Below are positions 25,667 to 35,662 of a stretch of 64,000 nucleotides of DNA, one piece after another. Every line of letters starts with the position of its first letter. Within the stretch, counting starts at the first letter, position 1. The stretch comes from Podarcis gaigeae (Eukaryota), in NCBI GenBank assembly GCA_964106915.2, contig OZ066917.1; one strand, written 5' to 3'. The position numbers and the translations under genes are program-made. Below the pieces are notes generated by a model. That model did no database searches, was not told the origin of the DNA, and worked only from the letters and a program-made list of their open reading frames with translations.

Positions 25667-26092
25667 GGCTTATCCACACTTTAAGGCACAATCTGCTCTT
25701 TAAAGCTCTGTGTCTGAGCTCCCTTTTTCTTGCTTCGGAGCTTTCCCTGAGAAAACCCACTCTTTAAAGCTCAGTCGGAGCAAATGGCTAGGGCTTTCTT
25801 TCAGCTGGAACTCACTGGAACTCAGTTCCAGCAACTCTCTGGTGGGTGCAGTTTCCATTATAAGAAAATAAGGGAGGTGTTCATAGTGAGTTCTGGCACC
25901 TCTTTTTCTAGAAAAACAGCACTACAAATAGCAATCCTTTTAAAACCCAAATTGATGTTTGCTCCGGTTGAGAGCTAAAGAGTGGGGTTTTGCAGAGAAA
26001 ATTCTGGAGCAAAAAACCTCTGTAATGTTTGAACATGGAGCTTTTAAGCATGAACCTGTGCCTGGAAAGAGCAACAGAAAGGTAAATAAGCC
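25667..26092. mobile_element. Palindromic MITE with a nested hAT MITE
   Basis: Inverted arms AAAACCCACTCTTTAAAGCTCAGTCGGAGCAAA / TTTGCTCCGGTTGAGAGCTAAAGAGTGGGGTTTT. Termini GGCTTATCCAC / GTAAATAAGCC. Confidence 0.7.
25789..25924. mobile_element. hAT-type MITE
   Basis: TIRs TAGGGCTTTCTTTC / GAAAAACAGCACTA. 8-bp TSD CAAATGGC (25781-25788) / CAAATAGC (25925-25932). Confidence 0.8.
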
Positions 26093-26899
26093 TAGCTGTA
26101 CTTTCATTTTCTTTTAGAACATTAAACCAGAGGCTGGTTGTTATATATCACAGCCCCATCCCTTTTTGAAGTCCATTCAAAGCTTTTCCATGTTGCTGTT
26201 GGATGACACATCTTTTATCTCTCTACCCTGGTACCATAATTAGTGCAACACCTTCGACAAAGTCACTTGTTTTTCCAACCTCTTTAGTTTATACTGTAAA
26301 GTGCAGATGAAACATGTTTTTCTACCACTGGGAGCCATTTAGTTTTAAGATGCATGTGAATTAGCACTTACTTATTTCTCCTTGTTGGGTTCCCCCGCCC
26401 CCAATCTCTTGTTTTGAAAGGCAATTGCATTAACTGATGGCACCAACATCTACTGCACTATGTGAAAGAGTATTGTTAATGTATTTTCACAGGCATATTC
26501 CACTTGACTGTCAGGAAGGTGGGTACTTAGAAACACACTTCATTTAGTGCAATGTATTAAAGCAACATTATCTCTGTACCAATAAAGCAAACAGGATAAT
26601 GCATCACAGGAAATATGGCGAGGCACCAGATGCTTGAGAGACCAGGGACAAAAGAAGCCTCTAGTAGGCACAAACAGAAATAGCAGAGGCAAGTGACATA
26701 AGAAAAGGGAGGTCAGTACACAGGAAGGGATCCATGGAGATAAATCACTCAACCCAGGCTTTTCTGGGTATTTGGACAGCATTCAAAATGAACAGTGATT
26801 GTGTAGTCCTTAATCATAACCCTTTGTGCATCTGCTTCTCAAGGTAAGTTAAGAACTTCAGAGCCTCATTTGCAGTGAAACAGATGATCAGAGAAGTTG

Positions 26900-26948
26900 A
26901 TGCTCACAACACATATGTGTCCTAATGCTCACAACACATATGTGTCCT
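26900..26948. repeat. 25-bp tandem duplication
   Basis: ATGCTCACAACACATATGTGTCCT(A) occurs twice in tandem. Confidence 0.9.
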
Positions 26949-26983
26949 TAACTAAGGATCCTGAAAAGTTTAAGGTCTCCAAT

Positions 26984-27181
26984 CACTGGCGGAGGAAGAG
27001 TGTGGGGGGAGCGCACCTCCGCCGGCAGCGTGATCCTGGTGAGGTGCCATCACGGCTGCTCCCCTGCCTGCGCTGGGCTCCATGCCCCTGTAGATGGTGC
27101 GCCTCACCCCCAGGATGCACACCAGCCCCACCCCCACCTGCTCTCCACCCCCTGGTGCCAGAGCATGAAGCTCCGCCACTG
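26984..27181. mobile_element. hAT-type MITE (GC-rich)
   Basis: TIRs CACTGGCGGAG / CTCCGCCACTG. 8-bp TSD TCTCCAAT (26976-26983) / TCTCCAGT (27182-27189). Confidence 0.85.
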
Positions 27182-27760
27182 TCTCCAGTAGTAAGGATCA
27201 AAAACATGATCAGACTGAAGAAGTCTCCATATCCAACAGGTCAAAATAAAAAAAGTTTGACAGTGCTTCTATTAAATATAGTCCAACATAAAAATGGCAC
27301 TTTCAAATGGTTTCGTTCTAGTTCGCAATGCAACCTGGTTCAGAGTGGGATCAGAACCCAACATAGTTGTGAAAGGTTGTGCTCCCTGAAAATGTCCTCA
27401 TTAAGCCTGGTATAGCCAGCTGATGGAGTCTGGGAGTTCTGGAGGTTTAGACCATTAAAAAGTGGCCTCCTAGACTAGTCCAGGGATGACCTAGCCCATG
27501 CCAGTTTGGGATTACAACGCACATATCAAGACTTGTGCTAGTACAGTGGGTGGTTCATGCCACGTGAGGTGGCCTCCTAGGCTGTTCTAGGCTCATGAAC
27601 CATGGGCTCTGAACTGCTATGCTTCTTTGTGCATGCCTAGAGCAGATTGTGGACTCCAGCACCACTTACACATTGTATTCCAAAGTCCTGCTGGAATAGA
27701 ATGGAACTCTATTTGCCAACTCTTCTCTAATAACAGGCTTGGAAGGAAGTGATTCAACGA

Positions 27761-27956
27761 GAAGGGCTGTAGCTCAGTGGAAAGTATCTGCTTTGCATGC
27801 AAAAGGTGAAAGGCTCAGTTCCGCAGGTAGAGTTGGGAGGTACCCTGATCTGAAATCCTGGAGAACCACCGTGAGTCAATGTAGAAAATATTGAGCTGGA
27901 GGATCCAATACTGAGCTGACACAGTACAAGGCAGCTTTCTATATCCCATTGTTCCT
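27761..27956 (+). mobile_element. Squam3-like tRNA-derived SINE
   Basis: Head GGGCTGTAGCTCAGTGG..CTGCTTTGCATGCA, body TGAAATCCTGGAGA..AATACTGAGCT, and end AAGGCAGCTTTCTAT..GTTCCT. Confidence 0.8.
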
Positions 27957-27977
27957 ATAAGAAATAAAAAAGAGATC

Positions 27978-27979
<2 letters not shown>

Positions 27980-28026
<47 letters not shown>
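27980..28026. repeat. (TA)n microsatellite, left flank of the palindrome
   Basis: Directly visible. Confidence 0.95.
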
Positions 28027-28029
<3 letters not shown>

Positions 28030-28080
28030 GGTTTTGGTGTCCTCGGGTGTCTTCCCGTGTAAAAGTTGGGGTGTCTAGGC

Positions 28081-28114
28081 GACGTTTCGACGAGGTCTCA
28101 CTCGTCATCTTCAG
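28081..28114 (-). ncRNA. Minimal type I hammerhead ribozyme motif (mirror copy)
   Basis: Exact reverse complement of 28928-28961. Confidence 0.7.
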
Positions 28115-28927
28115 GCTGGTGCTTTCGGCTTCTTGTTACTGGAACAGAGCGGGATCTCAATGTTTGAGTTCCTATAAATACTGTAGAGGGGGTGTGGTGT
28201 CTAGCCTCCAATGTTCTGGGCAGAGAGGAAGTTCCCAGGCTAGTGTGCCTTTTCTTCTTTTGTTCCTTAATTACTTGAGAGATACCTTGAGTGATTTCTT
28301 GAGTGATATCCTGAGTACCACTTAGGTGGGTCATTAGGTGTGGATTAGTTGCTAAAGTCTTTGTGTCTTGACCTCTTGAACTTTGTGAAGAGTTTTCCTG
28401 AGAAGATGGCTGTATTGCACTTAGTTGTGCTTTGGCTTGGCTTCGTGTATAGGGGCGAGCTGTGGTTTTGTGGCTTGTGTCAGCCAGATCTGTGTAGGGA
28501 TTGCAGGGGGGTGCAGCATCCGGTGCTGCACCCCCCTGCAATCCCTACACAGATCTGGCTGACACAAGCCACAAAACCACAGCTCGCCCCTATACACGAA
28601 GCCAAGCCAAAGCACAACTAAGTGCAATACAGCCATCTTCTCAGGAAAACTCTTCACAAAGTTCAAGAGGTCAAGACACAAAGACTTTAGCAACTAATCC
28701 ACACCTAATGACCCACCTAAGTGGTACTCAGGATATCACTCAAGAAATCACTCAAGGTATCTCTCAAGTAATTAAGGAACAAAAGAAGAAAAGGCACACT
28801 AGCCTGGGAACTTCCTCTCTGCCCAGAACATTGGAGGCTAGACACCACACCCCCTCTACAGTATTTATAGGAACTCAAACATTGAGATCCCGCTCTGTTC
28901 CAGTAACAAGAAGCCGAAAGCACCAGC

Positions 28928-28961
28928 CTGAAGATGACGAGTGAGACCTCGTCGAAACGTC
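28928..28961 (+). ncRNA. Minimal type I hammerhead ribozyme motif
   Basis: CUGAAGA-U-[GACGAG ugagac CUCGUC]-GAAAC-GUC: both core boxes, a 6-bp helix II, and a self-complementary ACGU in place of helix III. Confidence 0.7.
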
Positions 28962-29044
28962 GCCTAGACACCCCAACTTTTACACGGGAAGACACCCGAG
29001 GACACCAAAACCTGCATTCCTGTACCCGTGAAAATCTACGAAAG

Positions 29045-29047
<3 letters not shown>

Positions 29048-29086
<39 letters not shown>
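29048..29086. repeat. (TA)n microsatellite, right flank of the palindrome
   Basis: Directly visible. Confidence 0.95.
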
Positions 29087-29090
<4 letters not shown>

Positions 29091-29149
29091 CTTTCCTAGG
29101 AATCTAGAAAGCTCTTAGGCTATATCCTAATGCCTGATCACAAATGATG

Positions 29150-29315
29150 CCACCTCTTTCGTTTACCCTGATCCTGTTTGGGGTTATTGGGTTGTTCTTG
29201 TTTTTATTTTGATTATGTATTTTGTGTTTTTATATTGTGATTTTATCCTGTGAACTGCCCTGAGACCTGAGGGTATAGGGCAGTATACTAATTTAATAAA
29301 TCATCACCACCATCA
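29150..29315 (+). mobile_element. L2-type 3' UTR/tail
   Basis: TGTGAACTGCCCTGAGACCTGAGGGTATAGGGCAGTATA..AATAAA matches the tail of the minus-strand L2 at 51641. Confidence 0.65.
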
Positions 29316-29463
29316 TCTGAGCCCATGCAGTCAATATTCCTATTTCTTTGCTCAGAGTAGATATCCAAGAATACTCTGTAGGTACATCCCAGAATCTTTG
29401 TGTGATTGAAAATTAAGTACAAGCCACTTGGGCTGCAATCCTAACACAGTTACTGAGGAGCCG

Positions 29464-29865
29464 GGGTAGGGGAGAAATTTGATTCAGTTTGCATTTAAAT
29501 GTGAACCTATCTAAGCCACTCTTTCTGAAACAATGTGCAAGCCAAAACACAGCCATCCTTTGAAATTCACGTCTCCTAACTTTGCAATGCAGTTCTCCAG
29601 CCAAGTAATTCATACAAAAATTCATATATTGGAAAGTGTGCATAAACAAGTGAAAACAATTTACAAAAATGCATCATAATATGCTTTGAAAAAATATTAT
29701 TCAAAATGTATTAAAATGTGTATAATAGAATAAATTCACACTTAAAAGGCTGGTGAATTTTAATGAGTACTTTTTAAAAATTGCTGAAAGTGATGGGAAT
29801 GTGGAGAACTGAAATTACAATGGAAAGAACTAAGAGAAACCAAAATTGTCGAATTTGCCCGCTTA
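29464..29865 (+). mobile_element. Unclassified lizard interspersed repeat (likely a non-autonomous DNA transposon)
   Basis: GAAATTTGATTCAGTTTGCATTTAAATGTGAACCTA..AAACACAGCCATCCTTTGAAATT is matched in reverse at 61380-61490. Confidence 0.6.
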
Positions 29866-31146
29866 CTTGCATAGATTGCATTGTCTATAAGATGAATAAC
29901 AAAACCTATCCAATACGCACATGTGTTTTGTTACCTGTTAAAACATGCCATTCCTCCCTTTGTCAATATATGGCCAATTTATTGGAAAAGTAAATAAAAT
30001 TTATTGGAGATCTGCTCTCAAAGTCCCAGCACTGTCTGTTTAAGGGGCACTATAATGATTTGTGACAAACCATGTTTATTAGAGAGAAGGAACACGAGCG
30101 CATAAATCAACATACCATATTGTTTTAGAAAATGAGTTGTGAAGTTATAGAGTAAGTCATGAACTTTGATAATGAATTTTAATAAGCTCTACTAACAGCC
30201 TCCTGAGGATGGATGGATGTGAGGTGACTTTTAATAGTAAAAGACAAGGGTGGGATTAAAAAGTTAGCAAAGATACCCAGTATATAGCGTAATCCCATAA
30301 ACTTCATGGGCATTCCCGAGAATCATGTTATAGGGACCCAGCTCTTATGTGAAGCTGCTATTGAAGATTTTATCCTGTTACTTAGACTGTGAATGCCCTA
30401 CTGGGCTTTCTTTTGTCAACCAGCCTCCCTTCTTTCTTTGAGTTCAGAGATAGGGAATGTCAGCCCTGAGGGCGAAACCTGGGCTTTGGAACTCTCTCCA
30501 AGCTCCACCCCTCACTCGCCAGGAACTGAGGGATTATACAGTAAAGTCCCTAGATTTAAGAGTCAGATTTCAGGAGTTCAGGTTATCATGGCAGCGAAAA
30601 GGCCCCTGCCTCTCTTGAAAGATGCAGGCATCTCTGCAGCTGTGGTGGCAAAAGCCAGTATTTGCACTGGTATAGCTGCAATGGACAGTGCATTTACAGG
30701 ATTCTCTTTTTGTTTTTATTTACACAAGTGTTTATATACTGCTCTCTCACATCAGGGTGGTGTATTGCAACATAAAAAAACCTTTAAAAGCAATACAGAA
30801 CGATGATTAATTGTAACTGGCTACTCCTGAAAATGTTAAACAACTGACTAGGCCTGTCAGCATATTGCTGGACTATTTGATTTGAATTTCTCTTTTATCC
30901 CTATCCTTAACCCAACAATTTTGGGTTAAGAGCTAAATACACCAACTGATCATGCATCAACAGCAACACAAAGTGTTGACTGTGTATTGTCACTACTTCA
31001 TAAAATGCTGTGAATATTTCAAGCTTTCATAATAAACAATAGATGGTACTGTGAGCTGAAATTTCTTTACCAGTAACAAAATGGTTGTTTTGTCACTCTT
31101 CAGTGGGTTCTCTTAATTCTATGTTCACTTTACTAGCCATTCCTTA

Positions 31147-31509
31147 AAAAGGTATAAGTACCCCTGCCCGTCCGGTCCAGTCGTGACCGACTCTGGGGTT
31201 GCGCGCCCATCTCGCTTAAGAGGCCAGGGGCCAGCGCTGTCCGAGGAAACTTCCGGGTCACGTGGCCAGCGTGACGAAGCTGCACTGGCGAGCCGGCACC
31301 AGCGCAGCACACGGAAACGCCGTTTACCTTCCCGCTATAAAGCGGTACCTATTTATTTACTTGCACTTAATTGTGCTTTCGAACTGCTAGGTGGGCAGGA
31401 GCTGGGACCGAAGACGGGAGCTCACCCCGCCGCGGGGATTTGAACCGCCGACCATACGATCGGCAAGTCCTAGGCACTGAGGTTTTACCCACAGCGCCAC
31501 CCGCGTCCC
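31147..31509 (-). mobile_element. Sauria SINE, CpG-rich (young) subfamily
   Basis: Head variant GGTAAAACCTCAGTGCCTAGG. 11-bp TSD GCCATTCCTTA at 31136-31146 and 31511-31521. Confidence 0.93.
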
Positions 31510-31696
31510 TGCCATTCCTTAGCACTTCTTTAATTCCTTGTGCTTTATTCATTTTACAACTAACTTCAAGGCATAAGGGTGCACTTGCAAATCAGAAAAG
31601 CTTGTCAGAAAGCCAGACATGTAAGCTATGCACTTAGGACCAAACCACCTTTTACATATGTTAAAGAAATACATTATTACATTTTCAAATGCAAAT

Positions 31697-31729
<33 letters not shown>

Positions 31730-34143
31730 TATCAGGTTCAGGGTCATGATGAGAAGAGAGGAATTTAACTCTTTACTTTCTGCAGTGGTCTTGATGTAAT
31801 TATTCCCCTAAAGCTGCTATTTGTATCGAGAGGGAAGCTCATATAGCGGTCAAAGTTTATTGAAGAAATTTTTGCTTTGGCAGGCTTTTGGCGTCTTGGG
31901 GTGTTATTTTAATGCACTTTTAGTAGACTGATCTGTGGAGGTATAAATGCTGGGGCCCTCTAATTATGGAACACTATTGACACTTCATTTTCGCACGGGG
32001 AAGCATTTGTGTGAAATAGCTCCCATTAGAAGCATTAAGAAGTTGGGCGGGGGGAATGCCTGCAAACTGCACCACCTCAAAAACAAATGTGCAAAATTTG
32101 CCTTATCATTGGAAGTAAGGCTAATTTCAGTCTATGAATTTGTTAGCCAGGGAAAATTAAGCATTTGATACCTTGATCCTAAATACATTTGCAATCCCAT
32201 TGGCTTAGGTCTAAAAATTGGTTGATTTAAGAAAGTTCATGGAAGGTGGGGGTGATGACCCATTCCCTCTTTCACTCAGCAGCCCCCCACATGTCTAGAA
32301 AGCATCTCTTGAAGGTCAGGGCCATCCTAAACAATGTGTGTGTGGGGGGGGGGCGGGGGTATTTCAGGAACTTCATGACCAAATGTCCATGTACTCAGCC
32401 CATGCAAAAGCACTTAGGATTCTTTTGCCACAGTAGTAAAAAAAATATGTTTCTTTTTTCTACCTACCCCAAATGCAAATCACTAGAGGGATATGTCTGG
32501 TTTTCTCCATGTGGAGAAATCTTACTGAGCATGTAGAGCAATGCCAAACTACCTGTGAATAATTTGACTAGTCAGCAAGCTATTGTATCAGCTCAGTTTG
32601 TCAAATTTGCTAAATGAGGGCCTTTTTCACATTCCTTCTGCTTCTCCCCATTGTAATAAATTTGGATTGCGTGTCAATTATCCGAATTTATTGGCTACCC
32701 GCCTCTCAGGTCTGAATATGTATGTGATTTTTAATTTAAGGCTTTCTCGAGGTACAACATTTATTATCAGTCCCCTCTTTTAAACAGCATCGAGTTAACC
32801 AGTATTTTGCACTCCCAAAACGTCTTCCCTTTTCAAGGTCATCAGTTTTGCGACACCGCTGGAAATGAAGTGAGACGTATGGTTCGGTTTAATCAAATTT
32901 CATGCTCTGCTGCCTCCTACTTATGGCCTTTCTGCTAATTGATCAAGTTTTCAATTAAAGTCTCCATCTTTGTTTTAATTCTTTGTTAAGGTTTTTATTC
33001 CATTACATGGTTTCATAGGATCTAAGTTGCTACAAGTACAAACTGTCTCCTCCTATTCTATCCACCGTCTAGTTACAATCACACACACAAAGTCCTTGTG
33101 TGCATCTATTCAACTTATTTGTGAATGCTAAGAGAAATGGTTCATCTATCAAGAGGAGATTAGTTTGTGTCTTGTATTATCATGGGTAAGAAGTTCTCCT
33201 TTTGGGGAAAAACAATTAAGCATATCATGGTTTTCAAAAATGACACCACACTGAATAAATAGGGAAATGAGACTTGGATGCTTCTCTGCTTCATTGAGGG
33301 CTGTTCTAGTAACCGAGTAAATGTCCAAATGTAATTTATTTGTAGGGCAATGAAGATCCAAATGAGTTCCATGTCTGTTGTGATGAACTACAGTCACACA
33401 CTGGGAAGCTGTGCCTCTGTGATACGAGTTTCCATCCTTGGAGCTGGAGACACTTCAAGTTATGCTATTTCTTACAAGTACAGAACTAACAATTCCCAGC
33501 CCAGGGCCATCTCTAACACACGGAGAGTGAGAAAACTATCTTAGGCAGCTCTTTTGGAGATGCCATGAAAGGGCACCAGATTGTAGGACTGTACACAGTC
33601 CCCTTGTGTCTCCTTCTAATGGTCCTTTAAAAATGTTTCTCAACTGGTTCTGAGTTGTTCTGTGCTCTGTTCACTTTGATCTGTGATTCAAGTTCTGAGC
33701 CAGCACTGCTTTGTCTAAAGTGAAGCTCTGCATCCCTATTTACTCTTACGGGGAATCTAGAAGACCTCAAACACCTCTTTTTGGCAGAAGCAGGTGAAAT
33801 ATGCCGGCACAAGGACAGAGGTAGCCCATCACATTTTGTCACCTGTGGAGAAATGGGAAGCTGTTGCACTGAATGTGCAACCCTTCCATTGCCTCCCCAC
33901 CTTGCTGCCCCTGATGAAGCATCACTTACCAGGGTTGTGTGGCTGCAGCTTCCAGGTTCCAGTGAGCTCTCACTAGAGCCCTTTGATATTTTGCAAGGCT
34001 TCCACATGATTTTGTGAGCCTCTCACAAGAGCTTTCAAGGCTCTCACAAGTTCTTTCTGGAACCTAGAAGCTGTCGCATCACTTTTCCTCACTTCTTTGG
34101 CAGGGAGTGCGGTATGCACACAGAAGCACCCCTTGGATTCTGC

Positions 34144-34426
34144 CAGTGGTGGCTGAAGCCACTCAGGCGCCTGAGGCGGCATGCCTGGGGTGGGTTGAGG
34201 CACCCATAGGGGTGGGACGCACCGCAGGGCCTCCGGAGTCTGCCTGCCTCCTCCTACTCAGCCACCCTACAGCTGGGGGGGGGGGAGCAGGCAGCAGGCA
34301 GACCGATTGGGCAACGTGGAGCCTGTGCAGGCCCCGCGGTGAGTGCCACCTGGCATTTTGTCACCCCCTTCAGTGGTGACACCTGGGGTGGTCCGCACCC
34401 ACCGCCCCCTCCTTCCTCCGCCCCTG
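34144..34426. mobile_element. hAT-type MITE related to 26984-27181
   Basis: Perfect 8-bp TSD GATTCTGC (34136-34143, 34427-34434). Ends CAGTGGTGG / CCTCCGCCCCTG. Confidence 0.8.
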
Positions 34427-35334
34427 GATTCTGCTGCCGAAGGCAGTCACCTCAGCCTGCCTCATGGATAGGGCAGACCTGCAGAGGAGCCATTCCAGAG
34501 CAGATTAAGTCTGCCAGATTGCAGCTCCAGGGGCTTTTGTGGGGTTAGTAAAAGGAAAATAGTTTCCTCCCTCACCCATATTTGTGGAAAAAAAATATCC
34601 AAAATCCATATTCATTTCGCATTTTGGGGGTGGGTGGGGAGCAGTGGAGGTTTATCTCTTGCGCTTTCTTACTCTAAAACAATTAAGAGGAGGTTGAGTG
34701 TTGTGTGGTCTTGCTTCTACTTTTTATTATTTGCAGCTTCACATTGGCTAGCTTAGTGTACTTGCCTGTGTTGGAAGGGCAAATTCCTCCAATAGGCATT
34801 TAAAGATGAAGCTGTTAATTCTGTTTGTGGAGTGCTGAAGAACTCCAGGTGATGTTTCCCTCCAAGAAGAGCAGCAGCAAATGGATGTTTGTTTGTTTTA
34901 TAAAAAAAGTTAAATGAAGCTTTTATCTTTTTTTAACAAAAACTTCTCTGCTCTGCTTTAACACAAAAATCATTCTGAGCTTTCTGGGATTCTGGAGACA
35001 GCATTTTGGGGGGTCTTATTAAAAGCCTAGATCTAGAGTAGGGAAACACAGAGACCTTGAAAAACATATAACTATGGTAATCTGAAAAGTAGAGACTATG
35101 GAAAAACATGGTAACAGAGCTACATGAGGCTTTGTGAACTGTAAATCACCTCCGGCAAATTAAGTTACTAGCCTAATCCAATTCGGGGCTCTGACATCTT
35201 AGTTCAAATAGAAGGAGGGTAAAATCACCTCATTATTCAATCCCAGCACAGTGGTTGCACATTTCTAGCAAGTACTGTAGTTGGTTATTTAATGCTTTAT
35301 TATATATTTTTCACACCCTATCAAAAATTGGTTT

Positions 35335-35662
35335 TGGCGCTGTGGGTTAAATCACAGAGCCTAGGACTTGCTGATCAGAAGGTCAGCGGTTCGAATCCCT
35401 GCGACAGGGTGAGCTCCCGTTGCTCGGTCCCTGCTCCTGCCAACCTAGCAGTTTGAAAGCATGTCAAAGTGCAAGTAGATACCTTACTGGTGGGAAGGTA
35501 AATGGCATTTCCGTGCGCTGCTCTGGTTCGCCAGAAGCAGCTTAGTCATGCTGGCCACATGACCCGGAAGCTGTACACTGGCTCCCTCGGCCTATACAGC
35601 GAGATGAGCACCGCAACCCCAGAGTTGGCCACGACTGGTCAGGGGTCCCTTTACCCTTACCT
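35335..35662 (+). mobile_element. Sauria SINE, slightly 5'-truncated
   Basis: TGGCGCTGTGGGTTAAATCACAGAGCC...CAGGGGTCCCTTTACCCTTACCT. Confidence 0.92.

Larger units (their letters stand above)
28025..29047. mobile_element. Penelope-like retroelement 3' (pseudo-LTR) segment arranged as a head-to-head inverted duplication
   Basis: Arms 28025-28518 and 28524-29017 are reverse complements with spacer TCCGG. The CTGAAGA-stem-GAAACGTC hammerhead motif and the ...CCGTGAAAATCTACGA 3' end resemble vertebrate Penelope ends. Flanked by (TA)n. Confidence 0.75.

Noticed and set aside
26897-27415. 172-aa proline-rich ORF
   Set aside because: It reads through a GC-rich hAT MITE, has a non-ATG start and shows no domain.
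27761-27830. tRNA-like sequence GGGCTGTAGCTCAGTGG
   Set aside because: The T arm is degenerate and the sequence continues into a SINE body, so it is a Squam3-like head and not a tRNA gene.
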